Positions 28,661 through 41,152 of a stretch of 64,000 nucleotides of DNA are shown in pieces (the first letter of the stretch is position 1; every line of letters starts with the position of its first letter). The stretch comes from Octopus vulgaris (Eukaryota), in assembly GCA_951406725.2 (NCBI GenBank), contig OX597821.1, forward strand, positions 32,736,001 through 32,800,000, in the 5' to 3' direction. Both the position numbers and the translations under genes were made by a program. The notes beneath the pieces are model-generated. The model worked only from the letters and a program-made list of their open reading frames with translations. It had not been told where the DNA came from and searched no databases.

Positions 28661-29120
28661 TTCTTGATATGCATACATACGTATACGTCTATATATGTAT
28701 TTATATTTATAAAAATATAACTCATTATATATAAATGTATGTAATACATATATGTGTGCATAAATATATATAAATGTGAGTATATATATATGAATATATA
28801 TATATATATATATGCATATATATATATATTTAAATATATATATATATATATATATATGCATACATACAGAGAGAGAGAGAATAAAAGAGGAGGGACAGTG
28901 ATTTCTTTTTATCATTTTATTCATAGTGTCTTTTGAAAATATTGCCAAAGGTTCTTTTTATTCTTTATTTTCGAATTTAAAAAAAGAAACATACACCTCC
29001 TTGTGATATTCACTATACGAATCAAGTATTTGTTTGTTTGTGTCTACTTATTTCTATGTACTTGTGTGAGTGTGTATCGGTGTGTATGTTTGTACGTGCT
29101 TACGTGTATGTGTATTATGG

Positions 29121-29160
<40 letters not shown>

Positions 29161-29185
29161 AGAAATATATGATTTTATATATATG

Positions 29186-29227
<42 letters not shown>

Positions 29228-29251
29228 TATATGTATGTATGTATATATGGT

Positions 29252-29293
<42 letters not shown>

Positions 29294-32200
29294 ATATAAA
29301 TATATGGTTATATATATATGTATATATATATACACGTACACACACATATATAAAGACTACTATACCCGGATGTTCGTGTACACACACACACACACAGACA
29401 CACACGTATACATATAGACTTGTGTACCCGGATGTTTGCATACATACATATAGACATATATCAAACATTTTTAATATATACACATATATATCGACACAAT
29501 TATCAGTGTGTTCCTTTTGTGTACCCACTTTCCTTTCACAACTTACTATCTATCAACGTATCTATCTATATACTTATCTAACACCTTGTGCATCTACATA
29601 TATTTATGCCTTCTTTCTCACTTCAAATATCTATCATTCTGCTTAGATGCGTGTATATATATATATATATATGTCTGTGTGTGTGTGTGTATTATATGTG
29701 TTTTATCTGTGCATGGGTGTATGTATGTGTGTCCGTGTGTCCGTGTGTTTGCTTATGTATTCCGTTATCTCTGTTTGTTTTTCTACTTGTTCATCGGTCC
29801 ATACACTCAGTTATTTTTCGTGTTATCCGCATTTCTTCCACTCATTCAAAGTAATGTTTGAATACACAGTTTTAAGTACAAAACTATCCATTCATAATAA
29901 CACAGGAGTATTTTTTTATACTTCAGGTGACTATGATATCCCTCATAGAGATTATTTTCCATCAGCATAGCAAACTATGAAACGCTAGTTATAAATTTAT
30001 CTCCCTAAATACAGATGATACTGCTCTACCCAAATGTGGTTCCTATAATATAAATTTGAACATTTTGCCACTGTAATAGCGTTGATACAATGCTGTACTA
30101 TTGACTTTTAGTTTGGTTGTCAGCAATATTTAATCCCTGTCAGGGAACACAAATTGCAACACAGAATTTCATCATTTGATATTTGCCATTCCCTTAGAGA
30201 TTCTTTGAATGTTTGAAATTGGAATTTCTTTCTTCATTTTCTCACAGAATAATATTTAAATCATGTTTAGATTTTATTGAGTGCCGATATGAAGCAGCAG
30301 TGTCTTAACAAAATGACTGTAAGTGAATTGATACGCAATGGTAATGCTTGCTGAGGAATATTGCCAGAATTGTTAGCATGTCAGACAATGATTTTCGATA
30401 TTACGGCTGTTAGCATTTTGATTTCAAGTCTGCCGAGATCCATTTGGCTATTTACTCTTTGAGATTGATGAACATGAGCCAGCCTTGTAATGGACTTGAT
30501 CTATTCACTTGTTCCCCATCCGAATGGAGAAGAGCTGCGAGTTATGGGAGATGGGAAAAGTAAACCGCTATACCGTGTGTGAGGAACGATTATAAGTCTG
30601 GAACCACACAGCCTCCCTACCATTATGGGATCTAACAGTGCGTCACATAAATACGCTTCGCCTGAGTTTATCCTGGAAGCAGGGGTACCTGCTCAACGAC
30701 TTCATGTCACTAGCTATGGATTTTGTAGTCATCAGCAAGAACGAAGTTCCTGACGCGTTTTTTTCAACTGTTGTTTATAACTCTATGCATTTCTTATCCG
30801 ACATGGAATAGAGAACGGTGTAGCGTTGTTTTTTAGGAAGGGGTGCGTCACAAAATCCGGTTGATTTTCATGAACCCAGACAGTACTCTGGTAGTCAGTG
30901 CCATTAGATGATTGGAAAGCCATTTTGGATGTACCTATGGACTGTGTGGTGCCAGCTGATAAGGAAGCGGTTGCAAAAGTCTCGTAAACATGTTCACACG
31001 TTTTCAGGAATCTGAGACAGCCTGAGTTAAATTCCAAAATGCACCATTTTTGCCATTGGATCATCTAGTTTGTATCTAGAGTATTATGTTCGTATCTAAA
31101 GCATTACGTAGGCCAGCAGGTAGGGGTGGCATAGGTTAGTACATACCCCATAAAATTATGAATTGTATGGTTGAAATAGATGGGCTTCTTAGGCAAGATA
31201 TTAAATCCGTTTTCCCGGTGCACCAAGCGCAAAGAAATTGGATTAGCGAATTGTTTAATCAGGCGTATATCTGATGATATAGCAGCATATTAATCAATGC
31301 CTATTCGAGAAGAAGTCAATAAAATTTATTCGAGTGACAAATAAATCCATCAGCATAACATCACAAATTTTCTTTTTAAAGACTTCTGACCAGTAATACA
31401 TTAATTTAATAATGTCTGCCGAGTAGATTATTCTGTTTATAAACTAATTATGACCTCTCAGAAGAAAGTCTAGATTGACTTTTACAATTTCTCTATTACT
31501 AGCTTTACAAACAATTGCATTAGAATTGATTAAATCATTTGCACTCTTACCTTCTATCGTCTGTGCAGTTTTTAGCATTTGAGACAGTCATGAGGAAACT
31601 ATCATAACTATAGGCTGTAATATCGCTTGTACCAACCAAAGAGAATTTATATTCTTCGACAGACGTTGCGTTAGTATTTTCATAAGAATTATCAAATTGT
31701 AAGTGCACCTTTTGGGAAGGAGAAGGTTATCAGGTTATTTTTGGAACGTTTGACGTGAGATTTGTACCTTTTGAACGCCAGCATTAAAGAGAGTCAGTGG
31801 TAGGAAACACGTCGGTGTTGAATATACATCAATATTCATGAACACTGTTTTAGTGCGACCTAAACATCGCAAACAGTTGCAGACGACAGTTATGCCTTTG
31901 AACATAATTTGTCATATTTCAGAAAGAAATTGGAGGTAAAAAAACTTCGTTTTGTGATCGATATTGTACTAAATATTAATTGAACGTATTGCGCTGCTCC
32001 TCATTTGCAAGTTACCAGGATCGAGTGAGTGTATTATCGATGTTTAATTATCATTTACTTGCAGGAAGAATTGCTTAATACAACATATTCAACAGAGAAC
32101 ATAGCGAAAGTTGCAAAAAGATATGAAGTCACAATATATAAAAAGGTTCCAGTGTTTTGACTTTATGTCACATCGGAAACTTTAACTTCCTTTTAATTAA

Positions 32201-32391
32201 ATCTAATTTTAAAAAATAAACATCTAAATAGGTCTTATTGAGCTAAAGTTTTTCAAACGGAATTGTTCATATTGAAATTAAATGAAGGAAAGAATTAAAC
32301 AATATTTCCTTCCTCTATCTTGACGCTGTCTCCCAATTTAAATACTATATATATATATAAGCATCTTTTTCTGTGCTTACACACGCACTCA

Positions 32392-32734
<343 letters not shown>

Positions 32735-33245
32735 GATGTGATGTCTCTGTCTATATATTCATTAATGCACGCAAAACATTGTGCGAGTGTGTGTGTGTGT
32801 GTCTGTCTGTGTGTCTGTGTGTGTGGAAGAGCGACTGCTTTTGTTTATGAATATTGGCATGAAAGGAAACATTATAATTCATGAGAAAGAATTCAATAGA
32901 GGTCAAAAGGAAACAGAAAAAAGAAAGTACACTAAAGTAAAGAAATATCAAATCTTTTGATATTGTTCAAGGTTAGTGGAATGAGAACTTGAACAAAAGT
33001 GTAAGCAAGATATATATATACATTGATAGATAACAAAATATTATGTATGCATTTATGTTAATATATACACATACATACATATACATATATTTGCACATAC
33101 ATAAGTATGTATATATATATATATATATATATAATTATTTATGTAAATATACAGCGTGTATAATGATATGAATATATACATATATATATATATATATACA
33201 TACATATATATACACACACATATATATATATACATATATATATAC

Positions 33246-33308
<63 letters not shown>

Positions 33309-33673
33309 TAGAGAGACACACATATCTGTATACATTGATATATATATTTATGTACATATACGTATTTAAATGTAAACATACTCACAAGCAAGTACACCAT
33401 GCATACACCCTGATGCATGGATACATACATACATACATACATACATACATACATACATACATACATACATACATACATACATACATACATACATACATGC
33501 ATACATACATAGCTGTGGGTGTATGTATGTGAGTTTGTGTATGTGCGTGTGCGGATGGGTTCTGTCTGAATGTACTTTCTTGTTAACGTGAAATCGAGTA
33601 AGTTATACGAATATACCTGAATATGCAAACACGCATACAAGCTGGTATATGCATACATATACATACATAGATA

Positions 33674-33715
<42 letters not shown>

Positions 33716-34397
33716 AGTGTGTTTGTGTATGTGTATATCTGTGTGTGTAGGTATGTGTACGTGTGTGTATGTGTGTGTACGTGTATGTGTGTTTGTGTGC
33801 GTGTGTAAGTACTTGTTTCTTTGAAACATTAATTAAACTCTTGTGGCCTTGGTTGTGTGTCTGTCTACTTTGACAAGACTAAAATACTCTAGAGTCTTCA
33901 TTTCAAACACAACACAAGGGTTTGTTTAATTTTTTTTGTTTGCTTTTTTGATGTTATTTTTTCCAACATAGTCGACCTTAGCATAGCTGAATAAGTTTGC
34001 CGTCTAGATTTGGCACCGATATCCAATTATTGGCTGCTTTTGTTTGGCACCTGGTATTTTTTTTTCTATAGAAATATTTTCCTTTTCTCTTTTTGTGCGA
34101 CTTTTTTTTTAAAGACCTGTTGTATTCTGACATTTAATGAAGGTCTAAAGATTACAATATTCAAGTTTATGAGATGTAAGCCAAAAAGCCTGATAGTAGA
34201 GTGAATTTTAGTTTCATCTGTCGAATACCAAGAATAGAGGTAAAAACGAAATAGAGTTAATGAAGTCTGTTACTTTACTCCTTACAGAGATGTATTTGTC
34301 TAGCATAAGTTATCACAAATATAGGTTACAAATTGGAATACTTTTATATTTCTAAGGTATATACGTATGTGTGTGTGCGTGTGTGTATATATATATA

Positions 34398-34722
34398 GTG
34401 AGGGCGCGTGGCTTAGTGGTTAGGGCATTCGGCTCATGATCGTAAGGTTGTGAGTTCGATTCCCGGCGACGCGTTGTGTCCTTGAGCAAGACACTTTATT
34501 TCACGTTGCTCCAGTCCACTCAGCTGGCAAAAATGAGTTGTACTTGTATTTCAAAGGGTCAGCCTTGTCACTCTCTGTGTCACGCTGATTATCCCCGAGA
34601 ACTACGTTAAGGGTACACGTGTCTGTGGAAGGCTCAGCCATTTGCACGTTAATTTCACGAGCAAGCTGTTCCGTTGATCGTATCAGCTGGTACCCTCGTC
34701 GTCGTAACCGGCGGAGTCTTAG
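34398..34722 (+). mobile_element. tRNA-derived CORE-like SINE (family C)
   Basis: A box TGGCTTAGTGG, B box GAGTTCGATTCC, and GTGTCCTTGAGCAAGACACTT core. A degenerate relative lies at 60270-60515. Confidence 0.88.
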
Positions 34723-34774
34723 AGATATATATATATATATATGTGTGTGTGTATGTATATATATATATATGTGT

Positions 34775-34812
<38 letters not shown>

Positions 34813-34815
<3 letters not shown>

Positions 34816-35164
34816 ATATAAGGGATATTAGCCAACTGAATATGGCTAGGGACAGGGCAGGGTGGTGGGGGTGTCACTGTTGCATTTAGCCCCAAGCGAA
34901 CATCAACGTCACCAGATAGGCCGACGCCATCACGGCGTCCTCTATCTTGCAAAGGGAGATCATTCACCAAGAAGATCTCCCTTTGCAAGATAGAGGACGC
35001 CGTGATGGCGTCGGCCTATCTGGTGACGTTCATGTTCGCCTGGGGCTAAATGCAACAGTGACACCCCCACCACCCTGCTCTGTACCTAGCCATATTCAGT
35101 TGGCTAATATCCCTTATATTATGGAGCAGTCACTGTCTATATCTCATTTAGAGAATTATTATTG

Positions 35165-35166
<2 letters not shown>
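34813..35166. repeat. Asymmetric foldback in (TA)n: arms 34813-34961 and 34974-35122, 12-nt spacer, plus an extension of about 44 bp
   Basis: ATAATATAAGGGATATTAGCC...GGGAGATC-ATTCACCAAGAA-GATCTCCC...GGCTAATATCCCTTATATTAT, with about 4 mismatches. Confidence 0.93.
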
Positions 35167-35207
<41 letters not shown>

Positions 35208-35423
35208 TAGATAAGAAAGTTTGTTTGGTAAAGCACGTGGATGAATATATAAGAAAATTGTAAAGAGTGAAAAAATGACAGAAGGCTTAAATGTTAAAAA
35301 ATATATATATTTGTGTCAAAATGTCTGGAGAATATTGGAAACATTTTTTTCCTTTCCTTAAAATGACATAATTTTTAAAATTTTTAAAGAAATTACCGGT
35401 TTCGCGTGTAGCTTTTCAAAATT

Positions 35424-37220
35424 ACCAACTACACCCCACAAAAAATAATGAAAACTCTATCTTCACTAATTAAAACCCATGAAAAGGAACTGACAACCAA
35501 AGAGATTGATTTCCTAACAAACTTTAAAATGCAAACCTAGCCTTTTCTATGGTCTGCCAAAAATTCATAAAAGTCAAATTATAAATGAAACTATTAAAAA
35601 ATCACCAAAGACATACATACACACACCTAATCCGGGGGACCTAAAACTACGACCCATTGTAGCTGGCCCAACCTGTGAAACACACAGACTAAGTCTACTT
35701 ATGAACATCCTCCTGAAACCCTTCCTTAAACATATCGATAGCCATATCAGAGATGACTTAGATATGTTAAACCACCTTCCAAAAAAAACCAAGGAAGAAA
35801 CAATCCTGGTTTCATTTGATGTAGTCAACTTGTATACCAGTATACCTCATAATTATGGACTGGAGGCAATACAGTTCTGGTTAGACCAATTTCCGGAAGA
35901 AATACCAAAAAGGATCAGTAAGGAATTCATTACTAAATCAATTGAATTCATCCTACACAATAACCACTTCATGTTTGACAATACATTTTACCGTCAAAAA
36001 TCCGGAATTGCTATGGGTACAAGGGCAGCACCAGTCATTGCGAACTTAACAATGGGATACATGGAAATAATCATTTACCAGGAATCTCTATCAATCTTTG
36101 GAAACTCCCTCTCTCAATACATAAAAGAGAATTGGAAACGATTCCTAGACGATTGTTTCATTCTCTGGAATGAAAACATAGATAAACTCCTAAAATTTAA
36201 AAACCTATTGAACAGCATAAACCCAAATATACAGTTCACAATGGAATACAACCAAAAGGAGCTCCCGTTCTTGGATATACTAATTAAAAAAATTAACCTT
36301 AAAATAGAAACAGACATTTTTTACAAAGCCACAGACGCCAAACAATACCTTCTTTTTAATTCATGCCACCCAAGACACACTAAAACAAACATCCCCTTCA
36401 ACCTTGCAAGAAGGATATGCACAATAGTGTCAGAACAAAATACCAGGAACTTTAGACTGCAAGAACTCAAAAACACCCTAATTGACAGACATTACCCAGC
36501 TCAACTCATAGAGGATGGGATCAGACGTGCAACAGAAATCAACATAGAAACTTTAAGAAAAGTTCAACACAACAACACACCTTCCCCGAAAATACTAACT
36601 TACATATCTACATACAACCCCAGAAACAAAGAAGCCTTCACCATCATCACCCAGAATTTACCAATACTTCATAAAAACCCAAAATTAAAGGAAATTCTAA
36701 ACATACACCAAATCATTAAAAGCTACAAACAGCCTAAATCACTTAAAAGATTCTCACAAAGGCAAAATTGTCTTCTAAAATTACGGATGCAAAAGTAAAA
36801 AAATGTGGTAGATCGAACTGTGCAACATGCCCTAACCTGCTAGAAGGATCAGAATTCCTCTTTAAAGATGGACAAAAATTCAAGATCAAATCTAACTTTA
36901 CTTGTGCCTCTGAAAACATAATTTATGTCATTAAATGCTCGGGCTGCCACCAAGACTACGTGGGTTCCACGGGACTATCACTCAGGCGTAGATGCACACT
37001 GCATCGACAACAGATTGCATTCCCAGAATATAGAATGATACCTTTTAGTGAGCACATTGAGAAATGCGCAAAGCAACTACTGCCACAATTTTTAATCTTC
37101 CCATTTTACCAATGTGCTTTCGGATCATCAACACAAATGAGACTGAACAAGGAAACATTCTTCATTGAAAAGTACAAACCCAGACTCAACCATCCGAACA
37201 TACTGACACAGAGAAATTAA
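35424..37220 (+). pseudogene. PLE RT-GIY-YIG polyprotein, disrupted (stop at about 35540, frameshift at about 36750); Cys-rich linker suggests the Neptune group
   Basis: RT motifs FYGLPKIHK, RPIV, LVSFDVVNLYTSIP, GIAMGT, RFLDD, LPFLD and SCHPRH. Then CGRSNCATC and IIYVIKCSGCHQDYVGST...LRRR...H...E..FI...P.LN (GIY-YIG). Confidence 0.95.
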
Positions 37221-37355
37221 CAAGGGAAAGGGAAAAAATTTTTTAAGCGATTATCTCCCTTACACCGGAAGAAATCACTCACTACCTCCCCTTATTTAGA
37301 AATCTTCTGAAAATAAACACAACGATAACTCCATGCAATATAAACATAACGTCAC

Positions 37356-37395
37356 AAGAAATTTGAAAAGCTACACGCGAAACCGGTAATTTCTT
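37356..37395 (+). ncRNA. Minimal hammerhead with a U3-A8 core variant in the PLE 3' pLTR
   Basis: AAGAAAT - TTGAAAA - GC(TACAC)GC - GAAA - CCGG - TA - ATTTCTT. Stem I is 7 bp, stem II is 2 bp, and stem III is the palindrome ACCGGT. Confidence 0.75.
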
Positions 37396-37527
37396 TAAAA
37401 ATTTTAAAATTATGTCATTTTAAGGAAAGGAAAAAAATGTTTCCAATATTCTCCAGACATTTTGACACAAATATATATATTTTTTAACATTTAAACCTTC
37501 TGTCGTTTTTTCACTCTTTACTATTTT

Positions 37528-37606
<79 letters not shown>

Positions 37607-37636
37607 GCGAGAAAGAAGCAACAAGAATGGATAGGT

Positions 37637-37727
37637 TTTTAGTACAATCGTTTCATACAAGGACAGGCTTTATTAAAAGTTGCAAAAATTACAGCATATA
37701 AACGTGTCCTGTACTCATCAGCTAAAA
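37637..37727 (-). ncRNA. Type I hammerhead motif (mirror copy of 38055-38145)
   Basis: Reverse complement of 38055-38145 within the palindrome. Confidence 0.8.
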
Positions 37728-38054
37728 TACATGTGAGTTCTCTAGACATCCTATTGGTTGAGGCTATACTCATGAAGTAGATAATTAAGTAACATAAACA
37801 GATTTCCAAAGTTCATTAAAGTTCTTTAAAGATGATGTACAGTCTTATCACAGAATTTTAAAAAAGTTTTAACAGCATCACAGAGAAGGTCACCTTCTCT
37901 GTGATGCTGTTAAAACTTTTTTAAAATTCTGTGATAAGACTGTACATCATCTTTAAAGAACTTTAATGAACTTTGGAAATCTGTTTATGTTACTTAATTA
38001 TCTACTTCATGAGTATAGCCTCAACCAATAGGATGTCTAGAGAACTCACATGTA

Positions 38055-38145
38055 TTTTAGCTGATGAGTACAGGACACGTTTATATGCTGTAATTTTTGC
38101 AACTTTTAATAAAGCCTGTCCTTGTATGAAACGATTGTACTAAAA
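38055..38145 (+). ncRNA. Type I hammerhead motif with an extended stem II
   Basis: TTTTAG - CTGATGA - GTACAGGACA(...)TGTCCTTGTAT - GAAA - CGATTG - TA - CTAAAA. Confidence 0.82.
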
Positions 38146-38295
38146 ACCTATCCATTCTTGTTGCTTCTTTCTCGCTTATAATCACCCCACATTATTGTAT
38201 TGTTAAAACAGTATAGTTTTTTTTTGGTGCATCTAAGTTAGGTACCATATTCAAGTAAATTCATTTATATTAACTTGAATCTTTATTGCTTTTTG

Positions 38296-38352
<57 letters not shown>

Positions 38353-38356
<4 letters not shown>

Positions 38357-38661
38357 AGCCACACGGCCTAGTGGTTAGAGGAGCGGACTCACAGTCGAGG
38401 GATAGCGGGTTCGAATCTCAGACCGGGCGATGTGTGTGTGTTTATGAGCAAAACACCTAAGCTCCACGCAGCTTCGGCAGAAGGTAATGGCAACACTTCT
38501 GCTGACTCTTTCGCCACAACTTTCTCTCACTCTTTCCTCCTGCATCTTGCAGCTCACCTGCGACGGACCGGCGCCCCGTCCAGGTGGTGAACCTATACGC
38601 CAAGAAACCGGGAAACCGGCCCTTATGAGCCAGACATGGCTCGAGAAGGAACAAACAAACA

Positions 38662-38666
<5 letters not shown>
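38353..38666 (+). mobile_element. Family B tRNA-derived SINE
   Basis: Near-identical to 22440-22747 in the opposite orientation, with A/B boxes and an (AAAC)n tail. Confidence 0.9.
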
Positions 38667-38738
<72 letters not shown>

Positions 38739-39149
38739 TACACGATTTCTGATGCAGGCCAAGTCGAAAACATGAGGGGAGTGTTCAGTCCTTCACATAC
38801 TTCTTCTTAAGACTCTGGAATGTAATTTATAGGATCTCAGAGCCAATGCTGATCGGTGTTGCAGTCTCGTTCCATGTGGATTTGAAGCAAATCCTCATAT
38901 GCTTCTCATAATTCTCAAGTTCTATGAAGATTCGAATCAAACTAAATGTTGTACCTACTGATGATTTGAGAGCATCCCCCAAAGAAATCTCTGTTGGAGA
39001 CGAGAGAAATAAGTTCCCCTTTCTTCCAACATGTGAGTTGCACTTATCAGAGATGTCACAGCGTAGGTTTGCGACTAGCTGACACTGGCTATAGAGGCAC
39101 CAGAATTTCAAAGAATTTCTGAATCATTCATTATCTAATGATAAATATC

Positions 39150-39610
39150 TAATGAAATTTTATTGAAACTTCATGCTGGACACACACTATGAAAACAATG
39201 AAAGGTTCTCTGAACGCACCATTCTACCTTCTAAAAATGACGTTGTGCAGGACATCAATGTCATTTTCACTAAAGAGATAACATCCGAGTCCAAATGGTC
39301 AGTTCACATTATAGCTGATATTAAAAATATTTCCTCTACTCAACAAATTTTCTTAAATATCTCCTGCCTACTGCTGTCTCTCCTCACAATTTGCAACTCA
39401 AATTAGCAGCTATCTATTATGTAGCTACGAAGTTTGGACGCACGGAATCTTATTAACGGTACATTTCTAGCTGTCAAAACGTTTTATAACCAACAAAAGC
39501 GAGCACTAATTTCATAACAAGTATTCCCATCATCTCATAAGATATTTTCTTTTAGGCCTTGTACACCCACTTTCCAGTGACACTCTCTTTTCTACGACCA
39601 TCAACACATC
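39150..39610 (+). mobile_element. Helitron Pif1-helicase relic
   Basis: FSERTILPSKNDVVQDIN...FLN...PHNLQLK...LRSLDARNLINGTFLAVK...FPVTLSF resembles RAILAPxN, PPHxLxLK, LRNL..LCNGTRL and QFPVxLAF. Confidence 0.7.
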
Positions 39611-39629
39611 TCAGGAATGCTCCTTTAAG

Positions 39630-39649
39630 GTAGATAGACAAACAGACAT

Positions 39650-39719
<70 letters not shown>

Positions 39720-39781
39720 GGATGGATGGATGGATGGATGGATAGACAGATAGATAAACAGACAGACAGACAGGCAGATAA

Positions 39782-39854
<73 letters not shown>

Positions 39855-39943
39855 CACATAGATAGACAGATAGATGGATGGATGGATGGATTGATAGATA
39901 GACAGACAGGCAGGCAGGCAGGTAGACAAGCAGACAAGCAGAC

Positions 39944-40013
<70 letters not shown>
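39630..40013. repeat. (GATA)n/(GATG)n/(GACA)n compound microsatellite
   Basis: Seen directly. Confidence 0.97.
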
Positions 40014-40014
<1 letters not shown>

Positions 40015-40284
40015 ACCTCTTATGAAATCTTAATAACGTGCTAGCTAGAAGCTACTATGGATAATGGTTTACATCATCTCTCAAACAAAGAAGTGTTCAA
40101 CCAAATATTTCTAATGTCGATTAGGCTACAAGTCAGAAGTTGAAAATTGTAAATATATCAATAATTCCCATTGTGAGTATTTTGACGCTGAGTTATAAGA
40201 AAATTACTAGAGAGCAATTTATATAGTCTAGTGCAGGTGCCCATATAAGGAGGAGCGTAATGAAACAGAGAATCTTCGGATTAA

Positions 40285-40420
40285 CCCTTTGAGCCCTGAC
40301 ATCCTGAACCTTATTTGACCATATACCTGGCTTCCTGATGCACTCCGCCGGTAGAGCAGTGCTGCGATATAGAAAAAAATAAGCTATCCACATGTAAACC
40401 GCTGTTACGGGCTCAAAGGG
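40285..40420. mobile_element. 136-bp piggyBac-type MITE
   Basis: TTAA-CCCTTTGAGCCC ... GGGCTCAAAGGG-TTAA gives a 12-bp perfect TIR with a TTAA TSD. Confidence 0.9.
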
Positions 40421-40883
40421 TTAAGCACTGAATCTCTAAAAAAGACTATCTTCTTGAACATGTGAACGGCTTATAATAAACGCGTATCATTTCGGTTGTT
40501 ACCTTGACATGACCATGAAACAGGTTAGAAATGCATTCAATATGAACAGCTTTGAATCGTTTTTATCTTCCGCACAACTTACTTTAACTATTATATCTAT
40601 ACTATTTTATTTCAGTTATACATCGAGCAGAATATCATTAAAAATATTGGTTTTAAATTTTCACACAAGACCAGTAAGTTCAAGGGAGGAGATATGTCGA
40701 AAACATCGTGTCCAGTGCTCAGCTGGAGGATTTGCTTCAAATTCACATGGAACAAGACTGAAACACCGGTCAGCATTGCCTCTGAGATCCTATAAATTAC
40801 ATTCCAGAGTCTTAAGCAGAAGTATGTGAAAGACTGAACACTCCCCTCATGTTTTCAGCTTTGCCTGCATCAGAAATTGTGCA

Positions 40884-40930
<47 letters not shown>

Positions 40931-40935
<5 letters not shown>

Positions 40936-41116
40936 ATCCAAACATGAAAACACAAAGAGAAAACACAACAACGCGAGGACGTGGAACAAATATAGTATTA
41001 TTGGACGCTCGAGAAGGAAGGGAAGAAGGAGGGTTTTACGTTTCGAGCGGTGCTCTTCGTCTAAAACATGGGAAAAGGAAAGATCCAGAGAAGGGAAGAC
41101 GGAGGGAAAAAAATCG

Positions 41117-41120
<4 letters not shown>
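40931..41120 (-). mobile_element. PLE terminal fragment (17651 family); hammerhead core mutated
   Basis: Minus 41067->41033: GTTT-TAGACGA-A-GAGC(ACC)GCTC-GAAA-CG-TA-AAAC; (TA)n on both sides. Confidence 0.75.

Positions 41121-41152
<32 letters not shown>

Larger units (their letters stand above)
35245..37536 (+). mobile_element. Penelope-like retroelement, 5'-truncated, with inverted pseudo-LTRs (35245-35420 and 37362-37536)
   Basis: RT and GIY-YIG coding region flanked by inverted repeats of about 175 bp that carry a hammerhead; both flanks are (TA)n. Confidence 0.95.
37607..38295. repeat. Palindrome 37607-38175 (284-bp arms, 1-nt spacer at 37891) plus an unpaired extension of about 120 bp; PLE terminus in (TA)n
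   Basis: GCGAGAAAGAAGCAACAAG...GAGAAGGT-C-ACCTTCTC...CTTGTTGCTTCTTTCTCGC; no mismatches seen by eye. Confidence 0.95.
38733..40890. repeat. Dispersed inverted repeat pair (38733-38896 and 40727-40890), each outer end on (TA)n
   Basis: TTAAGACTCTGGAATGTAATTTATAGGATCTCAGAG versus CTCTGAGATCCTATAAATTACATTCCAGAGTCTTAA. The arms align over about 164 bp with scattered mismatches. Confidence 0.9.

Noticed and set aside
30783-31064. 93-aa minus-strand ORF as a host exon
   Set aside because: It has no recognisable domain and no supporting neighbouring exons.
34398-34470. tRNA-like sequences here and at 22675-22747 and 38353-38425
   Set aside because: They are SINE heads continuing into repeat bodies, with no intact acceptor stem or terminator.
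35245-37536. Reading the 175-bp inverted ends as DNA-transposon TIRs
   Set aside because: The interior encodes RT and GIY-YIG, and the repeats carry an HHR, so they are inverted PLE pseudo-LTRs.
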